Shown: positions 12,601 to 25,117, counted from the stretch's first letter. The stretch is 64,000 nt of DNA from Raillietiella orientalis (GCA_036172245.1 JAYWIR010000019.1:2914001-2978000); one strand, 5' to 3'. Notes: generated from the letters alone by a model not told the origin. Numbers and translations are program-made.

Positions 12601-15600
12601 ATGAGCAGCCCATGGTCTTGTTGCGATGTCGTTGGCACTCATTCTTCACCCACGTGATAATTCACGTATTAATATGATAGTTATTATACACTTACTGTTC
12701 TTGTTAAGTCATGATACCGACTTTCGCTTCCTCGTGCAACCATTTGCTGGTTCCTGTTTGAAGCAACCCTGCAAGACCTGAGCGCCGGCCTTTCTCGTCG
12801 TGGGTGCATCAACTCCTGAACCAGAGCTGGAGATGCACGCTGTCCATAACATGCATGTCCAGCTCTCCATAACACCTTTTTGAGAGTTTCAGACACTTCA
12901 TACCTTCGCTTGCACGCGGTCATTTGGCCAAGAAAATTCCTCTACTCCTCCTCCTTCGCTTCCGCTAAATTCCCGCAACCAGCTCTACGGCACCACTACG
13001 TTCGGTGGATCAAACGGGCACTCCCAGATTCCTTCTTGCCACTGTTTTTTTCTTTCCTTGTCTTTTTGCGCGGTGGCTACCTTTCGTCAGATGCAGCTTT
13101 CAGTTTATTTCCTTCCGTTCCATAGAACCAGATCACCATTCTTCTTCTGGACCATTTCTTGAAAAGCATAGGGCAAGAAACTTTATCCAAACTAGAGGAA
13201 ATCGATCTAAGGAAGATACTTTTTCTTTGGAAACAGTTCTCGCAGTGTCCAAGTTGCAGTAATGTTTAATGACGGTCGAGTATCTCTTAACGTCTCTGAG
13301 ATCCTCTGAATTCATGGACCAAAGAGAAACGGTTCACACTTTGGAGGAGCAGCAAATTCCAGGTAACACTTGAGCTTGTCCCCGCTCTCCTACCAGTTGC
13401 AAGAATAAGTCACGAAGTCTCTGAAGAGGTCTTCGAATGTTTCTTGCACTCCTGGAACGAGAAGTAACAACCATGAACCAGAGCCAGAATGCAAGAGGAC
13501 TGAAGATCAAACGCCACTCTTGATTGAACAGCAACTTTTCCGTCTTCATTCCTGAAAAGCTTCGGGGATGGAAGGGAATCAACCCTGAATCGTAAACGCT
13601 GATGAGGTCTTCTTCCGCTTCAGCCCCCAAAAAACAGTGTGGCTCTGAGAAAACAGAGAGAGCAGTTCCTCCCATCCTTTCCCTCCCGGTACAGCCCCTC
13701 TCTAGAACAAGGAGAAGGACGAAGCCATCTCGAACCTGGGAACCACAAAACGCACAAAAAGAGGCTCACGGGAGTGGAAAATTTGACTTCTAGCAATCAC
13801 GGGACGGGTTTTCCCTTCGGAAAGTCAGCCCGGGTTAAATGCCGTGCAGCCCAGGTGAAGCCGGGAAGCTGGAAGCCGCTGGAGTTCCGAGAACGGTTTC
13901 TGCCCGCCGAGAGATAATAACAGGCATCATTTGATTATGAGGAATCACCATGGATTTCGAGCAGGACGATGCAGCCAACAGCTGAAGATTCCCAAGGATC
14001 GGCGTGTCAATGTGCGCTTGCGGGCTCTCGTCTCATGATGAGCTTCCCTAGCAAGCCTAGAGCTATGGAATAACTACGGAAGAAGCGGAAACGAAGAGAT
14101 GCAAACTGTAAGACGAGCCTGCGTTCCGAAGAGGCTGCAAAAATGTTCCAGCTGCAGAGCGCGCATCCTGCACATCCAGCGGGTGTGCAGGATATGCGCG
14201 AGTGCTGATCCCATCTCTGGACCTAACAGATCTGGAAAGATTCCAGAGGATCGACAGTCACTGAAAGGGTTCAAAGAGACTCAGGATGAGCATGGATGGA
14301 ATGCCACTTCAGTTCCCGAAAGTAAATTAAAGACACACAGAAGGCGGAAGTTACATCGAATTCCGTTTCTCTCTCTCTCTCTCTTTCTTTTTCTTTTTTT
14401 TTTTCGACGAATGCAAAAACTGCCACTTGATTTCGAACGTGGCCAGCAGTGTTCCGGAGTGTAGGCTGAAGTCAGAATCAGTAATTGCTGCTTCAGGATC
14501 GGAATTCGGTTTTCTTTATTCTTTGTTGTTCGAAATGAATGATGGCTTGTCTCGTAATACGGAAGGCATCTCATCTCGTAGATTAGATCACTGGCATGGC
14601 ATCGCGATTTATGGATAATGATGATATCTTGAGATATTCCTGCGAAATGATCAGCGGGAATGAAAAATGCGAGTAGAAAATTCGAGGCATGACGAGAATC
14701 GTAGATCTCGGCTTGATCAACTAGAAGTGGGTTTTCCTCTCCCGTTCCTCAGCGAAACGCTCAGCGCCATCTCGGCATGAACATCACCGATAGATTTGAC
14801 GATAAGGGAGGGGGTCCCGAGTGAACCCAGCTGCTCCTAATTTTTTGGTCTGAAGTGCTTTTGGGGGGGGGGGGGGGGGGGGCACGATGGCTATTTAAAA
14901 TCTCATTTATTGATTGATTGATTCCTGATGTGAATTTTCTTCTTTTGCTTAGTCCTTAGATGGGTTTGCCTTTGCCCTGGCGCCAGACGGCACGTTTTTG
15001 TACATATCGGAAACGGTCTCCATCTACTTGGGCCTGTCGCAGGTCGGTGGCGCTTTCCAGCCCGCAGAGCGTCACATCGTTCCCCTCCGAAGGTCGAGAT
15101 GACGGGGAGCTCGGTGTTCGATTACGTCCACCACTCGGACCACGCCGAGCTGGCGGAGCGGCTGGACTTGCGCCGCTACGAGATTCCCAGCAGCTCGCCT
15201 CGCCCCATCAGCGAAGACGGCAGCGGCAGCAATTCCTCCCTGAGCCCCAAGAACGACGCCAGGGAAGGCAGACCCGATCGCAGCGGCGGCGGCGGCGGAG
15301 GCGGCGGCGGCAGCAGCAGCGGCAGCATCCTGCAGCAGCCTGAGGCCGGACGCAACGAGATAAGCAGAGGCTTCTGCATCCGCATGAAGTCCACGCTCAC
15401 TAAGCGCGGCTGCCACTTCAAGTCGTCTGGATACCGGGTGAGACGGGGAGCGGAAGCGGCGTTCCTGACCGCGCGTGCCAGGTCGTGCTGCTGCAGTGCT
15501 ACACCAGGTCGCAGTACACCTTCGACCGCAAGTCCGACCCGCCCCTCCTGGGGATCGTCTGCCTCGCCATCGCGCTGCCGCCTCCCAGCGTGAACGAGTT

Positions 15601-16964
15601 CCGCCTGGAGAGCGACGTGTTCGTGACGAAGATGTCATTCGAGCTGAACGTGATACACTGCGAATCCAGGTAAGGTCGGTCGCCGCGGCAACCGGGATCC
15701 GCCTCACCGCTCGAAAAAAAAAAAAAAAAGAATATGCGAGTTCTGCGACTGGACGTCGGAGGAGATTCTGAACCGGAACATCTACTCCCTGTGCCACCCT
15801 CAGGACCTGCAGACCCTGAAGCGGTTCCACGAAGACCGTGAGCATCCTTCCGCCCTCCCCGGGACTTCCTCACGAACCTTCGGGGTGTTTCAGTGCTTGC
15901 CAAGGGTCAGGTGATGAGTGGGTATTACAGAATGCTCAGCAGGCACGGGGGGTTCTTCTGGATGCAGTCGTGCGCCACCGTGATGTGCAGCTCGAAGAAC
16001 GCGGACGAGCGTTCCATCGTCTGCATCAACTACATCCTAAGGTAAGCGGAGGCGACCTCCGCACAAGGACGCGCGTGTATGCCCTCGTGTCGTTTATAGC
16101 AGTCCGGAACTGTCACACATCATCATGGACAATTTCCAGATGCTCCCTCGCAACGCGAATTCCTCAGTAAAGTCCTCCGTCGACTATTCCCCCAAGTCGG
16201 AGAGTCGCTCTTCTCCGGAAAACCTCCACAGTTCCCCCTCGGCATCCGTCCACGCGTCTCCCAAACCGAGAGCGGAACCGGCAGAGTCCGCCAAGCTGCC
16301 AGCGGCCAAGCGCAAGCACCCGGACGACGACGAGAAGGAGGGTCTGCAGGGCAAGGGGGCGGGCAGCCCGGAGGAGGCACGGCCGAACTGGAAGAAACCC
16401 TCTACCGACACCCCGGACGCCTCCAAGGAAAACCGGGAGTTCGAGCCGACCGACTTCAGCACGAGCGCCCTCCTGAACAAGCACCGCTCCACCATACAGT
16501 GGATAGGTTCGCGTCCGGCGAACTCCCTGGTGGCGTCGAATTTCCTGCGCCACCTGCGGGAGAGCGTGATCGTCCGCCCCCCTTCCTTGTTCGGGGAGCT
16601 GCACGGAAGTCTGTCCACCCCGCCCGGTGCGGAACTGTTCGGTGAGCCGTACATACAGACTTACCCGTACCCCAACTACCACCCTCCTACCGTCACGCCT
16701 CCGAGTTCCGTGTCTCCCAGAGAGAAGGCGACCCTGCCCGACAATCCCATCTTCGAGTCCACCTTCCGTACTTTCGAAGGGGAGAAGTCGTACCTCCCGA
16801 TCAGACCCCAAGCGTTCTCCTCGCACCTGGAATCCTCCAACTTTGTGCATCCCGACACGCAGCTCTACACTCACCCCACCCAGGCGTTCAACCTCTATCA
16901 CAGCAAGCTGAGTTATCCGGAAGGATTGAAGAATGGAACCAATTGGTATCACCCTTCCACGTAG
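3071..16964 (+). CDS. trh: Trachealess / NPAS1-NPAS3 family bHLH-PAS transcription factor, 5'-partial. Exons: 3071-3282, 6707-6783, 14953-15042, 15093-15437, 15482-15669, 15731-15837, 15894-16041, 16100-16964
   Basis: The bHLH segment [57 protein letters not shown] is nearly identical to Drosophila Trh as I recall it. It is followed by [47 protein letters not shown] (PAS-A), [19 protein letters not shown], and [44 protein letters not shown]. All introns are GT-AG and exon phases are consistent. The upstream phase-2 exon carrying the ATG was not confidently found. Confidence 0.95.
6630..6662. repeat. (TAG)11 microsatellite in a trh intron, about 45 nt upstream of the 6707 acceptor
   Basis: Direct read of the sequence. 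Confidence 0.95.
14863..14882 (+). repeat. G20 homopolymer (G-quadruplex capable) about 70 nt upstream of the trh PAS-A exon acceptor
   Basis: Direct read of the sequence. G4 potential is inference. Confidence 0.85.
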
Positions 16965-18175
16965 GCTTTCACCGGTGATTCCATCCCTACATGAATCTGT
17001 GATGAATTATATTTATTTATTTTTCGTACTTACAAAAGTGACATTTTTCTTGTTTGACGAAATTCAGAACGGTGTCGAGGGGCTCTGAGGTCAGAACATC
17101 TTCTGCTTCCGATGAAAAATATATCTTATTTGAGAAGAAACGGAAAGACGCGTCTAATTTTAGAACGTCCTGTGACTTTTGTTAAGAACACACCTTTGCC
17201 GGGAACAAAGCAGCTTTGGCTTTGCCTGCGACTCTGAATAAATTCGAACCGCTGGTTCTTCCTATGAAAAGCCAAGGTTGCCGAAGAAGAAGAAGAAGAA
17301 GTGCTTCCTTTTCGCTTTTTTTTTTTTTTGGCTTCTTCGACGAAGTGCCAACTTTCTTTCTTGCTGCTTTCCTTCCTTGACCGTTTCCCTCTCGATTCCG
17401 TGCTAACTGAGGCGCATGGACCAACCATTTACACATGACAGGTGTTGCAGGACCTCCCTTGAAAACTTAGGCCCACGGCCTCACAGTAAACGGCCTACAT
17501 TCACTCTAGGGTGCCTGAGTTTTCCGAGGCACCCTTGAACTCTTCAGCGTGCCATAACATTGACTTCTGCTGATTTTGAATCGTCTCACGTGATCCAGAG
17601 GCGACTGCGAAACCGGAATCGCAATCCTTACAGTGGTCTCTCTGCGCAGTTCTCTTCAAAGCTTCTCAGTCTTCAGCTCAAAAGAGTGGCAGTGGCTTGT
17701 GCTTCACTCTGAGAAACAGTCGAAGCTCTGCGGTGCTCTTTCTTCGAGAGATGCAGTCAATATCATGAGAAAACTCTTCCCCTGCCGAAAGGAAGGCTTA
17801 CCAAAATATCAGAGCATTTGTTCTTTCAAAATGCCTCTTTGAGGCTGCTGAGCAGATTACATCTTGTAAATAAAACGCCATTCTCTTCCACTGACTCAGC
17901 TAATCCCTGCGTTGCCGAGGAAGCATATCGAAATCGTGGGAGATGCCACTCCTTCTTGGATACGATTTTAACGTGGGAATCGCCATACCTTATGCAGCAT
18001 TCGAGGTGAAAATATCACTTACCGAAATCATGGATAGTGCCCGAGTAAGAATCAGCAAATGATTTTAAGACTCGAGGACGATGCAACCGACAAAGTCTGG
18101 AAATTGATTGGAGATAAACCGAAATAAGCCTGGCAAATGAAATAGACGGCAATATATGTATACATATATATATGT

Positions 18176-18565
18176 TACGGTTCATGTAATAAATCCGGTT
18201 AGTATTAATAATGACCGGCTATTATTAATAATAACCAAGTAGAAAGGTCAAAGTGAATAATTATTCACACGGAATAATTGCATCGACTGCTTAACATTAA
18301 TAATTACCAGCAAAGTCTGGTAAATTTGCAACACGGTGACTCGCGCATGTCCGGAAGCGGTCGTAATGTTTTCCTGCCCCTCCCAAGCCTCCAGCTTAAC
18401 GTATTGGAAATTATTACATTTACCATTGATGGTTGCGAATTATTAATGATTGCCGGTTCATGCGATACATTCTTGCAGATTATTTACACTCCGGTTATTT
18501 TTATTTGGTTGTTATTAATCATAGCCGGTAATTATTGATATAAACCGATTAATCGCTTGAACGTA
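18176..18565. mobile_element. Foldback MITE of about 390 bp with long imperfect terminal inverted repeats, flanked by TA
   Basis: The left arm CGGTTAGTATTAATAATGACCGGCTATTATTAATAATAACCAAGTAGAAA matches the reverse complement of the right arm (CGGTTTATATCAATAATTACCGGCTATGATTAATAACAACCAAATAAAAA). Inner arms also match (ACATTAATAATT..TGGTAAAT). Ends read TA-CGGTTCA ... TGAACG-TA, next to a TA-rich tract. Confidence 0.75.
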
Positions 18566-19299
18566 CTCCAAACCCACACCAAAATCGAAAGAGTTCTTTC
18601 ATTCGAAATGCAATGCAAAAAGCTGTCAGAACAGACATGCAGCAGATCTTGACAATTTGCTTGCAACGACAACCCTTGCATAAACCTGTGGTCCTCCTAA
18701 ATCAGCAGTGGAATCATCGAGTAAAATCATCCGGGGCGGCAGTTCTTCTCTTCTTATCTTTGGTTGCCGGGTTTCAGTTGCTTCGGCACGCAAAACTGCA
18801 AAACTGCCACATAAAATGCTGTTATCCACTATTGCTTGAAAATTCGAAGGAGTTCCTATGGATTCTAGATTTGAGTGCTTGAGAGTAAACTCGGTAGAGA
18901 GAAATTTGAAAATTTGAGGTCAAGCTTCCGTGTCATAAAAAGAACCGATCGATAAACATCAGGAAGCTTTAGAGATCATTCTGCAGGGGTGTGTTACGCA
19001 GGGCTTCGGACGTTTCAGTAAAAATGCCATAAATGCAACACATTACGGGAAATGCTGTACCGTTGGAAACACCCTGTGAATTCTCTAGCAGGTTATCTTC
19101 AAGGAAAGGCAACTTTTATTTTAAAGAAGGCTGATCGACCAAAGCGAAGCAATTCCGGAACACATTCCATTCTGGAGTGTGTCCTCGTGCAGGGAAGAAG
19201 TCTTGGTCGTGCAACCTACTGGCGTAGCAGACTGAACCAGCTAGCATGGCATTGTGAAAGGGGAATTTGCCGTTGGGATGTGACCCGTTCCACATACCC

Positions 19300-19757
19300 A
19301 CCAAGAGAGTTGGGATCCTTTGTTCGAAAGCTCGGGATGCCGGTTTTTGATGCTGTTCTCCGAGACAACCATGGAGGTGGAGAAACGGCTTTGAGGATCT
19401 GAGGGGGTCTAAACAGCTTTTAGGATGTGCGAAAACCGGAGCATTCGAAAATCGTCAACGAAGAGGACAAATTTCAGGTTAATCGGGGAGTTTGCCATTT
19501 AGACCTGAGGAGCTTAATGTAAAGGTTAAAGGAAGTGCACGTCAAAGGCAAGCATGGAAAGATCAGGACAACCATGGTACTATTTTCCTCCATCTTTCTG
19601 ACAAAATGGATGGAAATTACGCTTTGCCCAAAAGCATAATGGTGGATGGCGCTCGTTCTTCACTTCCTGTGATGGTGCTCCTACCGTAACTGCTCCCAAA
19701 GTACCGAAAGAAGCCCTGCCACCGGATCAAAGATCTATTCCGATTGCAAAGGCCTGA
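19300..19757 (+). pseudogene. Small heat-shock protein (HSP20/alpha-crystallin domain) pseudogene with frameshifts and an internal inversion; 5' boundary approximate
   Basis: Stitching across frames gives SKIVNEEDKFQV..CH/FRPEELNVKVKG/VHVKGKH/DQDNHGT..YALPK..ARSSL/CDGAPTVTAPKVPKE..RSIPIAKA*. This follows the alpha-crystallin domain and ends in an IPI (IXI) C-terminal motif. At least three frameshifts are needed. Confidence 0.85.
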
Positions 19758-22073
19758 TGCAAAATAATGGTAAATGAAGTATCGTGATTATGGGAAGGGA
19801 AAAAAACACATACACACATATTCCATTCCAATGTTTACATGGGAAATACCGACTAAAACGAAGTTCAAAAGCAATTGGACTGATTTAGGAAGAGTATAAC
19901 TAAGAAACTGAGAATAAAACATTGATTCGAGTCTTTGAAATAAAGTTCTGAAACTAAAAGTAACGAATCCTTTCGACGACTTTGATTGGTACGGTTGAAA
20001 ATGTAATTTGAAGGATGAATAAAGAAAGCAATCAGAATCACAGAGTTTTTCCCCGTGGTAATTGTGATCCAGCAGTATGACTGGTTCGTCCTTATGTTAT
20101 TCGGTTTCTGCAGATTTTCGCCTTTTGCTTTTTTAAGGCAGAGGGGGGCATGTAGGAGACACTAAGGAATCGGAAATACTGCGGCTAGGTTCGTGGATCT
20201 CGAATATCTTTCCGAAGAGTGATGTAGAAGGAGTCTCCTTGATTTGTTGATTCCGTTGGCTCGACTTCATACCCTCACCGAGGAACCAGTGGTTTTGCAT
20301 ATAAGTTTTCTTCAGATGACCTTCGTGCAAGAAAAGATTAAGTTACTAGGCAGCTTCCGTTTTTAATTAATGCTTATTTGGGCTGTAAAAAAAATGCCAA
20401 TGGTGAAGATCCCCATCAAGTGCTGCGGGAATTCAGTTCTTTGCTTACTTCACGATAAAATCCGAAACCAAAACGTTGTGCTGACACAAGATCTTTCAGA
20501 GATCTTCAGTAAATGTAGCTTCCCCACTTTTTTATTTTAATTTCTTTGGAGATCATAGCTGCATTACTCTTAATACAATTGACAATTAACATCTGCTTGC
20601 TTAATGAATCCAAATAGACATGCCTTTTTTCTTTTTCTTTTTTTTTCACACTGATGATGTCTTACATAGAAAGTGGACACTGAAATTCTGATTCGTAACC
20701 GGATCCAAAACAGCCTATGCCTTTTATTTATTCCACTTTTCCATGAAGATTAGAGCATGACATGCAAGAGATCATGCAAAAAGAAAATAACATAAGTCTG
20801 AGAAATGCATTAGAAAGCCTGTTCTTTTAATTTCATTTCAGTATACTCTCAACCATGGCTTTCAGATTCGTTTGAGCGTGTCTGCTGAAGAATGAAGAAG
20901 TCGTTTGAGATTGTAGGGAGAGAGTAAGATACTATTAGCATATCGGTAAGAATGAGGAGTTGAGTACATTGAGATTTTGCACAACGTAAAAATAAACCTC
21001 AGATGGCTATCAGTACTTTAAGCTTCTTTTTTTTTTCATTTTTTTCTTTTTGCTCCTTTTTGCTTTTTTTTTCTTGTTGGCTCATTCAAAAGTTCGTATT
21101 CGTGGGAAGAGGAAGAGAAAGCTCAAGCATTCAGAAATGTACAACAGCAAAAGTAGAGATGGTGAACATGCTGGTACACATGTTATACAGAAAAATAGAA
21201 TTCAGAATTTGCAAATGAAGGAAGAAAATTACAAGGCAATTTTATCCGAAAAGCAGACGAGAAACAAATGCATTCTTCAGGGAAGCTATAAGATGATTAT
21301 TATAAGGGATAAATTTTAAAAAAATGATGATTGCATTCCGAATTTTTTGGTTCATCACATCAAAAGCACCCAGTTAGGTGAAATACAAGGTATAGAGAGT
21401 GATCGTGCTAAATATTTCTAGCAAGTAGTGATTGATTGTCAAGTAGCCTTTTAGGCACTGAAAGCAACCCATCTGGAACGCAAAATGTGTCAAAAACATT
21501 GATGGCCCAATTTCGCAACGCAAAAATGGAATTTCATAAATTCCATAAAATTCATAAATTTTCCAAGTAATAAGTTTTTAGTATCCCCGTTTAAAGAAAT
21601 AACAGTGAATAGCCACCAGTTTCTTAAGGTTTGTAAGGATAATTTCCAGCACTCTACAACTCAAATAGTGGTATATAAAGATTTGCAAAAATGAGAACTT
21701 TCAGCTCGGGAGTTTGCATCGAATTCGAATTATTGAGTTAGCAAAATCGGATGAGTTACATTTAATGTGTAGCCATGCCCAGCGAATTCTTCTTGCAAAC
21801 TGTTTATTTAAGAATTTCAAAGGTGGTAAAGAATTATTACGGCAAAGTATGTATCCCGGGGAGGTAAATATGCATGGATTCCGTGCTTTGCAAATGGGTA
21901 ACATTGTCGCGGTTCAAATGTTTAGGCGGTTGCATAGCGGTCGGTTCGAAGTTGTGCCGTACGCCTAGTTCCATAGGAAGCGCCATCCCATGCGATTCAG
22001 GTATTATGTTGGTCACCAGGAAATCCATGAAGTGAACTGTGAAAAGGGCATCTTTCTGAATAATCAAAGTACT

Positions 22074-24318
22074 ATGTTAGTGAGCGCACTTAATTCTTCC
22101 GAAATTGAAAGGTTTCAAAAAATAATCCTTGAAACCCTGGTAAACAAGCATGCAGTGAAGGGAGTGGACTTACAAAAGCTCCGAAAGAGGTTGGGGAAAT
22201 TCTTCGGAGTGAAAAAAGTTTTGGGGGTATGTGTTTTCCATGATATTAACCGGAATGTGCTGACAGGCATTCAAATAATTTTTTAGTTTGGAACAAATAA
22301 AAAATCGGAACTCCAACCGGATGGCTGCATTTACGCCCAAACATGTTCTGTACAAACTAACAATCATGCTTCACTGAAAGTTCCATTATTTATGGTAGAA
22401 TTATTCGACTATGTAGGCAAACATCGTACACAAAGAGGTCTTTTTAGAATACCGGGAAGGAAAAATCGTGTGAAATTGCTAACAGTAAGTCGTGCCTTTG
22501 TACTGATCTCACTCTGGATGCGAATGTTTCAGCGATCCATTATGATGGGAAAAAGCTTAGCAGATTGCAAAGACATTGATTTTACGCATCATGATGTTGC
22601 ATCTACAATAAAAGAGATAATTTTGCATCAGCCACCTTTAATTCCACCAGATGTATTGAAAGTAATGATGGAGTAAGTAATCGAATTTTTTAAATGTAGT
22701 TTATGTTTATTCAGGATGATCCAAAATAAAACTAAAAATGTAGAAACTGCTATCATTTTATGCACATTTTTGTTGCCTCCATGTAATTCTGATATTTTGA
22801 TTTATCTGCTCACAGTAAGCATTCTTGCATAAAAAGAGACATTGTTTAATGGACACAGTTTCTGAACCAGATAGCAGTTCATAACGAACATAACTTAATG
22901 ACAGCTGAAACATTAGCGTGTATTTTTGCTCCATTGCTAAAATCATATTTTTCTAAAGTTGAAAAGAGGAATGTGAGCAGCTGCATGGTGCAAGTGAACC
23001 AGCTCAGTTCCATTTTAACGGTAAAAAAATCCATTTACATTAAATGAGCTATCTGATTGTAGATATTAATGCAAAATTGCTCCAAGTTGGGGCATGTTGA
23101 CACTGCCTTGGCAATTTGTCAAAGTGAAAATCATGATCAATGCCAAAACAGTTCTGTTGCTAGTAAAGGTATTCTGCTTAAAATGGATAAACTTTGGGCG
23201 GACTTGCAAAGCAGACATGCCATTGCAAATAAAGAAAGTGTTAACTCTGCACCAAAAACATCAAACTATTTACTCCCTTGTAATGAATTGCTTGCAAATC
23301 TTCCAAAAGCAAATAATGATGTTGAGGTTCCTAAACATTCGGATGAGACTCCAAAAAAGCGGTAACAGATTTTTCATGATATTTTTGTTTAAGTCATTCT
23401 TCAGGATGCTAACCTCAGCTTTCGAAGGCAATATATCAGATTTTGAAGAATCACTGGGATGTTACCCAAACTCTACTTCACAGAAATCGCTAGTCAATTA
23501 TGCCAGAGATGCAGAGTTATCACAGAATGCATCAGCTAGAAAGAAAAGGTAAAGTTGACAAAAAAAAGATCAATTTATTTGCAATAATGCACATAAGGAA
23601 AACATATACATCCCTGATGGGTCATTGTGATAAAAGAATGAAATTCTCTGATAGGTATGATCTTAATAATCTTCAAGATGAAAAAGCAGAAGGTGACAAA
23701 ATTGCAATTGTTGACTGTATTCCTATCTTGCATTGTAACAAAGCAATAACACAGCATGCTTCTGAACCAGTAGAGCTTTCTCAATTGGAACTGCAATCAT
23801 CTCATAATGTAAAAGAAACATCAACATGTATGAGCACAGAATGCAGTGATGATGGTTCACAACAGCATCTTCAGTGCTTCCAAGATAATCCAAATGCAAG
23901 GAAAAACAACAGGTCTTTACACAGAGGGAAGCCAAACACTGCCCATGCTGGGTTAAAGTTGTCCACTCAGAGAAGACATTATGCTACTACTGTTCCCTCT
24001 GCATCCCCAGAGATACAAACTGAGACTTCTGACAAAATTAGTGCACAACTTGGGACTCCTGAGCTTGAAAGTCGTACAGATTTTGCAAACAGAAGTTCCA
24101 TATTGCAACTAAGGAAAAACAAAGGTCATGTAAAAGTTAGGATTGATTTGTATAATGCCATGAATAAGCAAAATATGAATGTGTGTGTATCAACCCTCCA
24201 CCAAGGAAGTCACCGGAAGAAAAATGCTTCTTCCTTTCGTATTCCCCTCAAGGACTTTAATGCAGCAAATGTAGTTACCACAGCTACTTCAAAGGATTCT
24301 GATCTCAAACCTCTTTAA
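22074..24318 (+). CDS. Rho GTPase-activating protein (ARHGAP11/ARHGAP19-like), about 619 aa. Exons: 22074-22226, 22287-22484, 22533-22672, 22715-22814, 22859-23020, 23063-23361, 23405-23548, 23655-24318
   Basis: RhoGAP motifs: KVPLFMVELFDYV..RGLFRIPG (arginine finger intact), HDVASTIK, LLPPCNSDILIYLLTFLNQIA..NLMTAETLACIFAPLL. GT-AG introns with consistent phases; AATAAA at 24358. Subfamily and start ATG are uncertain. Confidence 0.88.
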
Positions 24319-24389
24319 GCTCCTCAAAATTTCAATGGTGTAATTTCTGTATAGATTAATAAATCCAGCTCTTACAAAGTATTTCGTGT

Positions 24390-25117
24390 TTATTCAAGAG
24401 AATTTAATGCTATCAACTGCTTCAGGATTTTGGTTTGGCTTGTTTCCCTTATTTCACCAGCAAGAAGCATTTCATCAACTACACTGTAAACCTAAAAATC
24501 AATTAGCTTTGGATTACTCTGAAATTTTGTGTGATCGTATAGTTACCTTATAGAAATTGAAAACTAAATCTAATTCACAAACATTATGAAAATATTCATT
24601 CAAAACTTCCACAAAATTGTGAATTGCTTCCAAGTAGGCCAGATTATTGTCTCCCACATCAACGCAAATACAAAAGTACAAGCCTGCATATCTTCTGTAT
24701 ACAATTTTGAAATTACGAAACTAAAATGCACTTAGTACATTTACATATCTCTTAAAAACTCAACATTTGATTACTAGGTCTGAAAGGACCTACCTCCACA
24801 AAGTTTGTATGTTTTACATCTCTGACTGTTACAACAGCATGTACTTCCTCTATAAGCTTTTGCTTCTCATCATCATCAAAATTCATGTACCATTTTGCAA
24901 GTCTTGTTTTCCCTGCCCTATTCTGGATAAGTATGAATCTAATCTGAAATCAAAATAATTATAAAATATTAAGCCTTCTCAAGGAGTTTTTCATTAATTT
25001 TCTTGATTATGTTTGAATTGTCTTAAGAGATATCCAGTAAAATGCTAAAAAAAGAAACACAACCTTGTCTGTGCATACATCACCTTTGTTAAATTCATTT
25101 CTCATTAAACTTACCAT
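24390..25117 (-). CDS. AP2S1: AP-2 clathrin adaptor complex sigma subunit, 142 aa. Exons: 25117-25115 (ATG only), 24943-24794, 24720-24547, 24491-24390
   Basis: Manual translation: [142 protein letters not shown]. This is near-identical to metazoan AP2S1 and has the canonical length. Absent from the ORF track because the exons are short. Confidence 0.97.

Noticed and set aside
3300..14900. Numerous ORFs on both strands inside the two long trh introns
   Set aside because: No domains and no coherent splice chain; expected from stop-poor GC-rich DNA.
16164..16952. 262-aa antisense ORF over the last trh exon (also 15072-15845 on the minus strand)
   Set aside because: Typical antisense shadow of a GC3-rich coding sequence.
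18835..18985. Heat-shock elements upstream of the HSP20 pseudogene
   Set aside because: Only partial nGAAn/nTTCn pairs; no clean three-unit array.
20850..21420. Possible extra small gene or upstream RhoGAP exons
   Set aside because: Candidate exons contain stops or cannot be phased to 22074; no homology recognised.
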